DNA of 64,000 nucleotides from Dictyostelium discoideum. Taxonomy: Eukaryota. The stretch covers positions 7,424,001 through 7,488,000 of the forward strand of contig CM000151.3 of the NCBI GenBank assembly GCA_000004695.1. The letters run 5' to 3'. The notes under the pieces were generated by a model. It was not told where the DNA came from, did no database searches, and saw nothing but the letters and a program-made list of their open reading frames with translations. This document shows positions 49,447 to 61,196 of this stretch, in pieces (the first letter of the stretch is position 1; every line of letters begins with the position of its first letter). The position numbers were made by a program, and so were the translations under genes.

Positions 49447-49727
49447 ATTATTTATTTATTGATTGATATTCAAAAGAATAAAAAAAAAAAAAAAAAAAAA
49501 AAAAAACGAAGTCGAAATTTCGATGGTGGAATAAAATTAAAAAAAATTAAAATTAAAATTAAGAATCTCCTCTAGATTTTTATTCTCATTTTATTTTTCC
49601 ATTCAACAAATAATTTTTATTTTTTTTTAAGCATTTGATTTGTATTTTTAAAGATTGTTTTATTTTTAGAATAAATTATTTATTTTTGCATATAAATTTT
49701 ACTACTTTAGGAATAAAAAATATCAAA

Positions 49728-49801
49728 GGGACTATAGTTTAGTTGGATATAACGACCGGCTACGAACCGGTAGGTCTCAGGTTCGACCCCTGATGGTCTC
49801 G
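49728..49801 (+). tRNA. tRNA-Arg(ACG)
   Basis: Acceptor GGGACTA/TGGTCTC (two G-U pairs); D arm; anticodon arm ACCGG-CTACGAA-CCGGT (anticodon ACG); T arm TCAGG-TTCGACC-CCTGA; discriminator G; followed by T7 (Pol III terminator); ex-B-like GGTTCAATTCC at 49832-49842. Confidence 0.8.
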
Positions 49802-49831
49802 AATTTTTTTAAAAAGTACTAGTAGGGTAAG

Positions 49832-49842
49832 GGTTCAATTCC
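49832..49842 (+). promoter_or_regulatory. External B box downstream of tRNA-Arg
   Basis: GGTTCAATTCC lies 31 nt 3' of the tRNA. Same arrangement as at the tRNA-Ala genes. Confidence 0.5.
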
Positions 49843-50021
49843 TCAAACCTGTAATAACAAATGACTATGAAAAAAAAACAATCAAACCAACACATTAATA
49901 TCCCAAAATTAAGATTTTTTTTTTTTAATGAAAATATTTATTTAAAAAATTAAAATTAAAGAAAAATAAGACTAATTGGTTTAAAGGATTTATAAAAAAT
50001 GGTGTTCATTTGTGTTTCCAA

Positions 50022-51279
50022 TTAATCAAAAATAAGTTCAATTAAATATAGTTTTGAATCTGCATTATACCCAGTTTTTGTACCACCATTCATAGATCTA
50101 ATACATTTAAATATGACTTGTTCATTTTCTACTGTAATAAGCTTGGATTCATTAGTGGCATGTGGTGGATTTTGGAAATTTTCATTATAAACAAAGTAAG
50201 AGTTTCTAAATTCTTGTTCAGTACCTTGATTAAAACTTAACACTTCTGAAACAGGACCACTTTCAACAACCCATGTAGCATTGCCATTAATATGATGATG
50301 TATCTTAACTTTAAATGATCTTTTTTTAATACTTTCAAACTTTACAATCAAAGTTGCTTGTAAATTTAAATTTCCTGCATTAAGTCCCTTGGAAAATAAA
50401 TAATAAAAATATAAATTAATATAAATTTTAGTTTTAAAAAAAAAAATAAAAAATAAAAAAATAATAAATTACTCTAAACCCAGAAGATAAACTATTGGTA
50501 ACTTGAGAAAACCCTGCAATTAAACCTGGGTAAAGTAAGTGGGAACCTCTTTCATCACCACAATTAAAATGAATTTCACCAATATTTCTTTGGTAATCAA
50601 ATGCTCTAAGAGGATAATAGGTAAAGTCTGCATTTTTGAATTTTCTTACAGCATTAAAGTATGGTGGTATATAATAACCAATAATTGGGGAAGTTTCTTC
50701 TCTAAAAATATGACGGGAAAGCATCCAACCTGATTTAACAGTGATTTCAAAAAATTCTATTGTATAATCATGAATTTTTTTTTTTGCATCTTCAACATCA
50801 AAATCACTGAAACCCCATTCTTTACCATAAAGATGACAATCTCTTTGTAAACAAAGATATTGTGAAGCTGTTAAAATATAAAAACCAATGGTATTAATCT
50901 TTTTTTTTATTTATTTTTTTTTTATTTTTTTTTTTAAAAAAAGAATAATTAATAAAATTTTTTTTAATAAAAGAATTAATATTAAAAAACTTACTAATTC
51001 ACTTTCTTCCTTAAAATAAATTAAACCATCAGTTATTTTATCACGATACATCATTAATTGAAATTGAAGTGAAGAATTAAGTTGTTCATTAGTCATTACT
51101 TGAATATCATTTGGAATAATACTACGACTAACATTTTTATTTCCATTTCTTGAAAAATATTCTTCAGCTAATACAAAATAGTCATCGCCAGTTTTTTGAA
51201 GTTGTTGGAATTTAATTATACATTGTCTCTCTCTTTCTTGACTTAACTTATGGTCAATTAATTTTTCAACTGCTTCCAT
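50022..51279 (-). CDS. Conserved hypothetical protein (about 358 aa), three exons complement(join(50022..50387, 50473..50898, 50995..51279))
   Basis: ATG at 51279. GTAAGT donor at 50994 with ..aaaag acceptor at 50899 (phase 0). GTAATT donor at 50472 with ..ttccaag acceptor at 50388 (phase 0). This joins all three listed minus ORFs in frame (..KEESEL|INTIGFY..SSGFR|GLNAGNLNL..). No family assigned; possible His-rich, cupin-like C-terminus. Confidence 0.5.
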
Positions 51280-51437
51280 TATTTGTTTAAAGCTAAAACC
51301 ATAAATTTTTTTTTTTTTTTTTTTAATTTTTTTTTTTAATATTTAAAAAAAAAAAAAATTTAAATTTATTATATTAGTTCTTTTATATATATATTTTTTT
51401 TTTTTTTTTTAATTATTATTATAATTATTTTAAGTAA

Positions 51438-51806
51438 TTACAATTGTTCTTGGGAATTAAATAAACCGAGACTATTAAAAAGAATATTAATAGCACCGAA
51501 AATAATTGGAGCAACACCTGAAGGATCAGCACTCATTGCAAGACCCAATATTTCCCACATTTCTGGAAATGGCATTTCACTGTAAAGTTCTTTGGCACTT
51601 TTTTCAGATTGAATTGATTGGAATGAAATTTTCAAATCTTTAATTTCATTCTCACTAAAATTTGAAATTGAGTTGTTTTGTTTCTTTAATTCAACCAATT
51701 GTTCATTTAAAAAATTATTTAATTTTTCATCATAATTTTCATACACTTTCTTGGCTCTTATTTTAGAATCCTCCAATTTTGAAATTTGTTCCACTGATAA
51801 AGTCAT
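51438..51806 (-). CDS. Small coiled-coil protein with a C-terminal transmembrane segment (122 aa), tail-anchored-type hypothetical
   Basis: ATG at 51806. C-terminal GVAPIIFGAINILFNSLGLF hydrophobic helix. No family assigned. Confidence 0.45.
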   Translation of the reverse strand: MTLSVEQISKLEDSKIRAKKVYENYDEKLNNFLNEQLVELKKQNNSISNFSENEIKDLKISFQSIQSEKSAKELYSEMPFPEMWEILGLAMSADPSGVAPIIFGAINILFNSLGLFNSQEQL

Positions 51807-51871
51807 TTTTTAATTTGGTTTATTGTTTAACAATAATAATATTAAAATAATTATAATTTTTCTTGTTTTAA

Positions 51872-51920
<49 letters not shown>

Positions 51921-51959
51921 AATAATTGGCTATTAAATGAAAAATGGATTGGGAGTCAG

Positions 51960-52600
51960 TTAAAAATTGTAATTGGAGAATTTTTTTTGATTAAATCTGA
52001 AACTGATTGGGTTTTTAACCAAAGCTCAAAAAAAAAAAAAACCAATTGGTTTTAAAAATTATTAAGATTGAATCTCAAAAAATTTATTTTTGTATTCTTC
52101 TTTCAAATTAAAAAAATGGTTTAATAAATGAAAAGAATTAAAAAAAAGAATTGTTTTTTTCATTATACAAATTAAAAAATAAAATAAAATTAAAATTAAA
52201 ATAATTTTTTGGTTTTTTAAAATCAATGAGGTTGTGAGCTTCACTTATTATTAGAACTTTTTTGTAATTTAAATTTAATTCAAAAAAATAAATAAAAAAA
52301 AAATTTAAATTACAAAATATTTCACCAAACCCCCAAAAAAAATAAAAAAAATTATGATAATTTTAATTTTAATTTTTTCACACCTCAAAATTTTATTAAG
52401 GCATTGTTATTGGAAAATGAAACATTACCAATAAAATCCTTTTTTGATCTGGGAGTTTAATTTGTAATTTGGTAATTTTCATTTTTTTTTTTTTTTTTTT
52501 TTTTTTTTGTGTGGTTAATAATGGGGAAATAAGTTTTGAGGTGTGAAAAAATTAAAAACAATCAAGAAGGTAAAAAACAAAAAAAAACAAAATCAAAATA
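51960..52600. repeat. Copy 1 of a ~0.6-kb dispersed, locally duplicated block (the partner is at 54830-55400)
   Basis: Collinear matching segments: 51990-52060 / 54990-55060 (..attggttttaaaaat..); 52195-52260 / 54838-54905 (..tttttggttt..aatcaatg.ggttgt.agcttca..); 52395-52590 / 55165-55385 (..gcattgttattg.aa..gaaacatta.caata.aatccttttttgat.tgggagtttaatttgtaatttggtaatt..T-run..gtgtggtta.taatg..agttttgaggtgtgaaaaa..aaggtaaaaaacaaaaaaaaa..). Confidence 0.75.
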
Positions 52601-52649
52601 AACAAAATTAATATTTAATATCTTTATCTTTAATTAATCCCATGAATTT

Positions 52650-52745
52650 TATAAAAATAGTCTTCAAAATACATTATAACCAGTTTTTACACCACCATCA
52701 ATTGACATACATTTGAATAAATTATATTACATAATAAACAAGTTA
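52650..52745 (-). pseudogene. Orphan fragment homologous to the last exon (3' end) of the 50022-51279 gene
   Basis: 52655-52740 (..cattataaccagtttttacaccaccatcaattgacatacatttgaataaattat..) aligns with 50057-50130 (..cattatacccagtttttgtaccaccattcatagatctaatacatttaaatatgac..). The minus-strand translation ..DGGVKTGYNV matches ..NGGTKTGYNA of the intact gene. No upstream exons are present. Confidence 0.55.
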
Positions 52746-53012
52746 TAAGCTTGTTATTTAGGTCTTTTTCTTTTTTTTTTTTTTTTTCTAATAAATTTCA
52801 TTTTAGTTAAATGAATAAAGAAATTAAAGAAAAAGAATTTTCATTTTTAATTATTGGCCATAAATATTATTTAAAGTGTATTTTTACTAAAAACTTAATA
52901 AAAAATATATATATTTATTTAGAAATTATAATAAATTAATAAAATGAAATATAAAATATTTTATTTATATAATTTTTTTTAATTAATAAATTAAATTTAA
53001 TTTTTTTATTAT

Positions 53013-54717
53013 TTAAGGTCTAACTTGATTTCTATAATAAGTCAAATCTAAAGCATTACATTTTGGATCATTTGTAAAAGTATCTTTAGTTTCAATAGTT
53101 GTTTCCAAAATTAAAGTTGAGTTTTGAGTAGAAGTGACTTGTCTCCATTGTATTGGTACATCTAAACCAGTGTTTGGATTATGAGTAGTTGCAAAGTTAA
53201 CTATATAGTTATTAATATCAATAGCTAATTCCTTTTCATCATTATCCAATCTTTCACCCATTAATTCATAGCTATTAAAGAATAGTGATAATTCAGTACC
53301 ATGACATACTTTATCATCACAGGCATCCAATGAATGACCAGTTGATTTTACATGAACATAATAGTAATGATAGGTTGGGGATGAAAGCTTTTTAGCATTT
53401 GTAACGGTATGATATCTATCTGGACATCTGAATAAATAATCAGTGATTAATTCAGATAAAATTGGTCTTGAATCTTGACCTCTTGGAGCGGCTGGATATA
53501 ATGGTAAAATCTTCATAGCATTCAATGGGAAAACAATAGCAACGAGAACTCTATAGTAATCAATTCCAACAATATCTTGGAAAAATGAATAAATGAATGG
53601 GATAGCTTCATGTTTTACACTTCCAATAATGGTTGGAACATCATATGTTTTACCTTCCTTTACAGCGGTTAATGGTTGCATTGGTATGATATCTCCGTCG
53701 ATAACTGGTGACCAAATAGTAAAAGCATCTAGAATTTTATCACCAAAGGTAAGTCCAACTTTTTCTTGGGCTTCAAGAATTTCATCCATTGATTTACCAC
53801 GAAGACATGTTAAATCTTCAATATTACAACCAACATTTGTTGCGAATCTATTAGCATTACCTCTGGCGGTTGTTTTGTCTTTCAATCCAACAGTCAATGG
53901 TGATGATGATGAGATGGCAGCATTAAAATATTGTCTTGAATAAGTAGATGTTAAATGAGCTGAAACTGAAAAGGCTCCTGCAGATTCACCCCAAATTGTA
54001 ATCATTTCTTTATTACCACCAAAGGAACCAATATTATTATAAACCCATTCTAATGCTTTAATTTGGTCAAGGAAACCATAATTACCATGCATTAAATCCT
54101 TTTTAATAATTAAAAGAGATAATAACAATAAAAAAATAATATATTAATATATTTATTAAATTACACATATATTAATAATGTATATTAAAACTTACAGTTC
54201 CCATAAAACCTAAAACACCTAATCTATAATTAATATTAACAACTATTACTGATGATTGAGCAAATTTAGTAGCATCATAAAGAGGTACAGAACCACTACC
54301 AACACTAAATGCACCACCTGGAATATAAACAATTACTGGGTATTTTGAATTTGGTGTGGCATCTTTTGGAGTAAAAACGTCAAGATATAAACAATCTTCA
54401 GAAGTACCAATTGGAGAGCAAACACCTGGACCAAGATTACATTTTTGAGCACATTGTGATCTTTGGGTTAAAGTTTCTCTAACATTTTCCCATGGCTTTA
54501 AGTCAATTGGATTTTCCCATCTTAATTGGTTCACTGGTGGTTGAGCAAATGGAACACCATAGAATACACGATGAGTATCTTCAACAATACCCTTAATTGC
54601 ACCAAATTGAGTTACAACAATTGAAGCATCTGTGTTTTTAATGTATGATCTTTTTCTTGCAAAAGAAATATTAATTAATAATAACAATAATAATATAAAA
54701 ACTAATAATTTATTCAT
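53013..54717 (-). CDS. Type-B carboxylesterase/cholinesterase-family secreted protein (crystal-protein / D2-esterase family), two exons complement(join(53013..54098, 54196..54717))
   Basis: Signal peptide MNKLLVFILLLLLLINISFA. Oxyanion/active-site context ..EDCLYLDVFTP.. and nucleophile elbow GESAGA (..ITIWGESAGAFSV..). GTAAGT donor at 54195-54190 and ..aaaag acceptor at 54099 (phase 0). About 535 aa. Confidence 0.85.
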
Positions 54718-54829
54718 TTTTTTTTTTAATTAAAGTTTTAAAATAAAAAAAAAAAAAAAAACTTTATTAATTTATACTTTTTTTTTTTCATAATACAAAT
54801 TTAAATAAAAAAAAAAAAAATTAAATTAT

Positions 54830-54908
54830 TATAAAATAATTTTTTGGTTTGTTTATAATCAATGGGTTGTAAGCTTCATTTATTTTTAGTACTTTTTTGT
54901 TAATTTCC

Positions 54909-54940
<32 letters not shown>

Positions 54941-55255
54941 TATTTTATCAAACCCTTTAAAAAATATTTTATTGATTAATACCCCCTTGTTAATGATTTT
55001 AAAAAAAAAAATCAAATTGGTTTTAAAAATATTTTTTTGAACATTTTTTTTAATTAAATTCAAACCCCAAAAAATGAATTAAAAAAAAAAAATAATATCT
55101 CAAATTAAATTTTTTTTTTTTTATTTTTAAAAAGGTTTTGTTTGAGATTATTTTATGATTATAAATTAAAGAATGCATTGTTATTGAATAATTATGAAAC
55201 ATTATCAATATAATCCTTTTTTGATTTGGGAGTTTAATTTGTAATTTGGTAATTT

Positions 55256-55287
<32 letters not shown>

Positions 55288-55400
55288 CAGTGTGGTTATT
55301 AATGTAGGAAAACAGTTTTGAGGTGTGAAAAACAGTTTTGAAGTGAGATTAAATTTATAATAATCCTTGAAGGTAAAAAACAAAAAAAAAAAAAAAACAT
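54830..55400. repeat. Copy 2 of the ~0.6-kb duplicated block (see 51960-52600)
   Basis: See the paired segments listed for copy 1. The two copies lie in direct orientation on either side of the esterase gene. Confidence 0.75.
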
Positions 55401-55554
55401 ATCAAAAAAGTCAAAATTAAAAAACCAATAAAAAAATTGAAACCTAAGTTAAATTATATTAATTATTATTATTTTTATTTATTTATTTAAGAAATACAAT
55501 AAATTGATTAAGAATTTGAAAAATCTAAAGGTACTTCTTCAGTATTACATTGAG

Positions 55555-55590
<36 letters not shown>

Positions 55591-55609
55591 TACAATTTCA
55601 TTATTATTA

Positions 55610-57475
55610 TTATTGTTGTCTATTTTCTAATTTAATTTTTTGTTTTAAAATTCTTATACCAACTCTATGTCTTTTATAAATTATAGAACCAATTATAATA
55701 ATGATTGCAGCACCTACAGCTGGTGCAACAATTACCACTGGTAAAAACCATTTTGGTCTGGAATCATCATCATCACATGAAGTTTTATAATCTTGGTCTA
55801 CTAATAAAGAGAAATCAGGATCAATTAAACATGTTTTACAATGTGGTAGATTTAGCCCAATTAAAATAGAATCAGTTCTTTGTCCAACAATTGAAGTTGA
55901 CATAAAAGTTTCTCTACCATCCGAAATTACTTTATTGATAAATCTACCATAAAAAGTTTTTGAATCTTTTGAAATGGTTAAATAATTTAAAGATTGATCG
56001 TTTTTGAAATCATTTGTATTTATATCTAATTTCTTTGCGTTACAATTTTTATTACCATTTGAATTATTATTACTATTATTATAATCGCCTAGAGATGATT
56101 TAATTCTTAATTGAATTGAATTTAATGTACTATGATATGTATAATTTTGAATTGAAACTGTTAATTTAAGTGAACCGGGTGATAATGTAAAATTAACACC
56201 TGCAAATGAATAATTTTTATTTTTACCAATAACTTCTTCAATTGAATATTCAATTGTGCAACTTGCATTTGAAATAAATTGTGAAAATACAACAATTCTA
56301 TTATTATCATTATTAGTATTATTATTGTTATTAGTTTTATTCCATTTATTACTTAATAAAAATTCATTTACTGTTGAACCATTAAAATTTAATTCAACAA
56401 GTGAATAAATAGAAATTTGATAATTTGAACCATCATTTGAAATTGAAGCTTCACCTGTTGTTTCATTAATATTTGGTTTTGATGATGGTGCATCAGGGTT
56501 GGAATCTTGTGAATTACAATTGAAACCTGTAAAACCATTGATACAAGTACAAATTCCTGAATCAGTATTACATATACCATTTGATGAACTTGTACAATCA
56601 TTAGGACATGAATGTTTAATTTTAGTATATTGAAAAATTTGTTTGCCAGTGTAGGATATATCCATATCGATTATTGTTACATCTTTTATACCTTCACCTG
56701 GACCAATATCACATTGAATTGTTGAATCATTAATAACTTGAATATTCTTACATTGTAATTCACCAATTTTAATTGATAATCTTTGAGATGTAGTTGTTGT
56801 TGTTGTATTATAAATACCAAAATAACCATGTAAATAAGTTGTACCGCCATTAATTGTTGTTGAATCAACAGAGTTGATATAAATTCTAGACAATTCACAA
56901 CCTTTACCATTGGTTTGAGAATCACATTCACATTCACCAGTTACTCTATTACAAGTACCATGTGGTTGTGAACAATTCAATGGACAATCTCTACAAACTA
57001 GGCTAGTATCAATTTGGACTCCATATGTACATCTTTGAATTTCTAGTCCAGGTGCTGTTACATTTAATTTTGGGATATTTGGGTTACATGAAAAAACAAA
57101 TGATGTTTTTCTTCTATTTGGTTCTGGTGCATCAGAACAATCATTACCTGTTATTGGTTGGAAAATTTTTGATCTATACACAATTGTCATACCACTTGAT
57201 GTATAATTTACAGTTTCACCAACATCTATAGAACCAAGTTGAAAAATTCCAATACTCTGACATGCTGTTGCTCCAGTTACATTACAAATATTAAGTGTGC
57301 CATTGCAAAAATTAAAATAAGTTTCGAATGAAGTTGATGATAAATTTGTTGAAGGAAATGCTACTGTATATTTTAAATCTGGTATCCTTTTTTTTTTTTT
57401 TTTTTTTTTATTAATATAAAATAATTTTTTTATTTTTTTATGGATCAAACAGGATTAAAAAAAAAATTTTTTATT

Positions 57476-57522
<47 letters not shown>

Positions 57523-57655
57523 CTTACAATTTTAATGATGATAGATTATAAGGTTGGTTTACAATTGGATTAAAATATTGACAATCTGAACATTCAACTT
57601 TTGTTATAAAATTATTTAAAAATATAAATAAAAATACAAGTAATATAATTTTCAT
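55610..57655 (-). CDS. Type I transmembrane protein with EGF-like modules and IPT/TIG-like beta-sandwich repeats (Tgr/ComC-like cell-surface family), two exons complement(join(55610..57386, 57528..57655))
   Basis: Signal-peptide exon MKIILLVFLFIFLNNFITKVECSDCQYFNPIVNQPYNLSSLKL with GTAAG donor at 57527 and ..aaaaag acceptor at 57387 (phase 2, in frame with ORF 55610..57448). EGF-like CPLNCSQPHGTCNRVTGECECD.. and CPNDCTSSSNGICNTDSGICTCINGFTGFNC. Transmembrane helix VVIVAPAVGAAIIIIIGSIIY followed by a basic tail. Confidence 0.7.
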
Positions 57656-57948
57656 TTTTTTTTTTTTTTTTTTTAAAAAATTAATATTAAAAAAAAAAAA
57701 AAAAAAAAAGATTTATAAAAAAAGAGAATTGAAAAAAACAAATAAAAAAATAAAAAAAATGATTGGTTTTTGGAATTAAAATGGGAAAAAAAAAAATAAA
57801 AAAATAAAAAAATAGAAAAAAAAAAAAACAATAAAAATATCTTTTTTATTTTTTTTTTTATTTTTTTTTTTTAAAAAAAGCTCGGAATAAATCAAAACCA
57901 CTCCCAATTTTTATTTTAAAAATATCTTCGCTCCCAAAAATAAAAAAG

Positions 57949-57983
<35 letters not shown>

Positions 57984-58047
57984 TTTTTTTTTATTTTTTT
58001 TTTTTTTTTCCGATTATTTTATGATTACTTTTTCTGACTAAATTTTT

Positions 58048-60420
58048 TTATTTTTCTTTCAAACCTTTTGCAGCCATTTTGATATTATGTTTAATAATTT
58101 TAATTTCCACTTTTTTCTTATAGTATAGTACAGATCCAATAATTATTATTAAAACAAAGGTAACGGCAGGAGCACCAATAACAACATATAAGAACCATTT
58201 TGGTCTAGCATCATCACATGATGTTTTAAAATCACTATTTACTAATAAACTGAAATCAGGATCAATAATCACTTTTTTTAAAAAATGAGGTAAATCTAAA
58301 CCAATAAAAACCACATCATTATTATTACTATTATTATAATTATTATTTATTACTGAAGTTGAAATAAATGTTGGCCTATCATCAGATAAAACTTTATTAA
58401 TGAAACGACCATAAAATGTTTTTGAATCTTTTGAAATTGAAAAATAATTATTTAAAGAATTACTATTATCCAATTTTTCCGAATTAATATTTAATTTCTT
58501 TGAATTACAATCAATATTATTATTATTTGTTTCATTTTTACCAATTTTCGATTTAATAATAAGTTGTAAATTATTTAAATTATTTAAATATTTATAATTT
58601 TCAATTACAATGGTTAATTTAATTGAACCTGATACAACAACAAAATCAACATCACAAAATGAAAACATTTTATCTTTACCAACCACTTGTTCAATAATAT
58701 ATTCAATTTTACAATTTGAATCATTATTTAAATTTTGTGAAAATGTAACAATATTATTAATATTTGTGTCATTTGCCAATGGAGAAGAAGATGATGATGA
58801 TGAAGATTAATTCCAACTATTTTCAAGAAGGAATTCTTTAACAATTGTACCATTATAATTTATTTCAACTAATGAAAAAATACTAATGAAATATTGTGAT
58901 TTTTCATTTATAATTGATGATTCACCAGTTGTAAGATTTACATTAGGAGTTGATGGTGATAAACCTTTTGAAGAACAATCGATACCAGTGAATCCTTCAT
59001 CACAAATACAAGCTCCATTTGTTGTATTACACTTACCATTTAAATAACAATTTGTTGAACAATTGAAAGATGGTTGGATATATTTAAAAATTTTCTTACC
59101 CATAGCTATTAAATCATTATCAAAAATTTCAACATCTTTAATACCACTACCTTTTCCAATAATACAATTTATAGTTGAATTATTGAACTGATTAATATCA
59201 GTACAATGCAAATCACCAATCAAAATGGTAATATTTGAAGTTAAAATACCAAAATAACCATAAATCGTTACATTTCCACCTTCGATTGAAGTTGAATCAA
59301 TTGAACTAATATACAATTTTGATATTTCACAACTATTACCTATTGTTTGTGAATCACAATTACAGAAACCAGTGCCATCTTCTTCAACAACTATGCATAA
59401 ACCATGATTTGAACAATTTAAAGAACACTCAATATATTTAAATTCAACTGTCGAAGAATTAGATTTACCAATTGAAATTATAGTATTGTGAATACCAGTA
59501 CCTGGTCCAACATAACAAGTTATGGTCGTTTCATTAATATGAGTTATATTTATGCATTGTTGATAGTCACCAATATAAACTGTAAATGGGAAATTATCAT
59601 TTGGTGAACCAAAATTACCATAAAGTGTTGTTAAACCACCACTAATATTTAAAGGAACAATTGAATTTAAACTCAAATGATAAGTCTGACAATGGTTACC
59701 ACTAGTCAATGAATTACAATTACATGTATACTCCTGATCGAATTGACATTCACCATTTGTAGAACAATTTGCTATACAACCATTGAAGAATATCTTGGCA
59801 TGAACTGGTCCTAAATCACCAATTCTTAATATAACATCCTTCGTTCCTTGATTCTTACCAGTTGTACAAATTAATTCATTCTCACTAATATAAAATATTG
59901 GGTTACAATTTAATTCTTCTATTGAAATTGAAGTTGAACTAGAATTATCGCCAAAATAACCTTTAAAAGTTACATTTCCTCCATCTGCTTTTACTTCTAA
60001 TTTATTGGTAATTTCAATTCGTGAATTGTCACATATTTCTCCATTTGTATATGAATCACAAACACATCCCTTTTGATCATTTATATCACATATACCATGT
60101 GAATTTATATCTCCACACCCTGGTGGACAAGGTACACATACTGTATTGGTTAAATAGGTAACACTATAAATACATGTGGCAATTTCCTTAATTTTATTAT
60201 CTTCAATTTGTTTTTTAAATAAAGTTGAATTATATCTAGTACCACAAACTAAATTGACTGTCAAATTTCTCTGACGATTATTTTTCACACAATCATCTTC
60301 TTTTCCAGTCAATAAAATTTTTAATCCATCAATAGTTGGTTCATAAAGAATTTTTTCACCAATTGTCTTACATCCTGATTCTTGTATAAAAGGAGCTTTG
60401 ATTTTATAAAATAGGCACAA
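58048..60420 (-). pseudogene. Tandem paralogue of the 55610-57655 gene. A continuous 790-codon frame is interrupted by a single in-frame TAA at 58807-58809, and no signal-peptide exon is recognisable. Probable pseudogene, or a truncated secreted variant.
   Basis: ORFs 58807..60420 and 58048..58779 are in the same frame, separated only by TAA (..LLENSWN*SSSSSSSPLANDT..). The paralogue reads straight through here (..LLSNKWNKTNNNNN..). Downstream part retains the transmembrane helix VVIGAPAVTFVLIIIIGSVLYY. Upstream of 60420 the frame stays open to an ..aatag acceptor at about 60505 but no Met or hydrophobic leader was found. Confidence 0.5.
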
Positions 60421-60531
60421 AAATTCCGCATTTTCACAAAAATTTATATGAGATCTTAATTCTGGTTTATCATTTTGATAAATAAATGTTAAATAAGAGT
60501 TGGAGCTATTAAATTAAAATACAATTAATTA

Positions 60532-60598
<67 letters not shown>

Positions 60599-60752
60599 AT
60601 TACCCTTGTAAACTACCTAAAATATAAGTTTTGTCAAATTTACTTTGATAAATACATTTGATTTGTGCAAAATTTATATTTTAAAGGTAAAATAATAATA
60701 AAAGAATAGGTAAAATGGGTTTCAAAATTTTTAAAAAAAAAAGATTTAAGAA

Positions 60753-60795
<43 letters not shown>

Positions 60796-61196
60796 CTTCA
60801 AACTAAATAAATAATAATAAAATAAAAAAAAAAATTAAAAAAAAAAAAAGCCACTTGATTATAAATTATTCAAAAAATTTGCCTTCCTTTTAAAAAAGAT
60901 ATTATCTTTAATAATCGATCTTTTTAGTCCAATAGTATAATTCCTTTTTTTTTTTTTCTTTTTTAAATTCCAACCAAAAACTTGTTTAGAAAATTTCCAA
61001 TAAAATTAAATAATTTTTAAGCCAATAAAAAAAATATCCAGTTTTGAAGCCATAAAAAAAAAAAAAAAAAATCTCTTCTTGTTTAATTCACTTTTTTTTT
61101 TTTCCAATTGTTTTTTTTTTTTTTATTTTTTTTTTTTTTTTATTTTTGTTTTTGTTTTTGTTTTTTTATGAATATATGAAAAAATTTAAATTAGTT

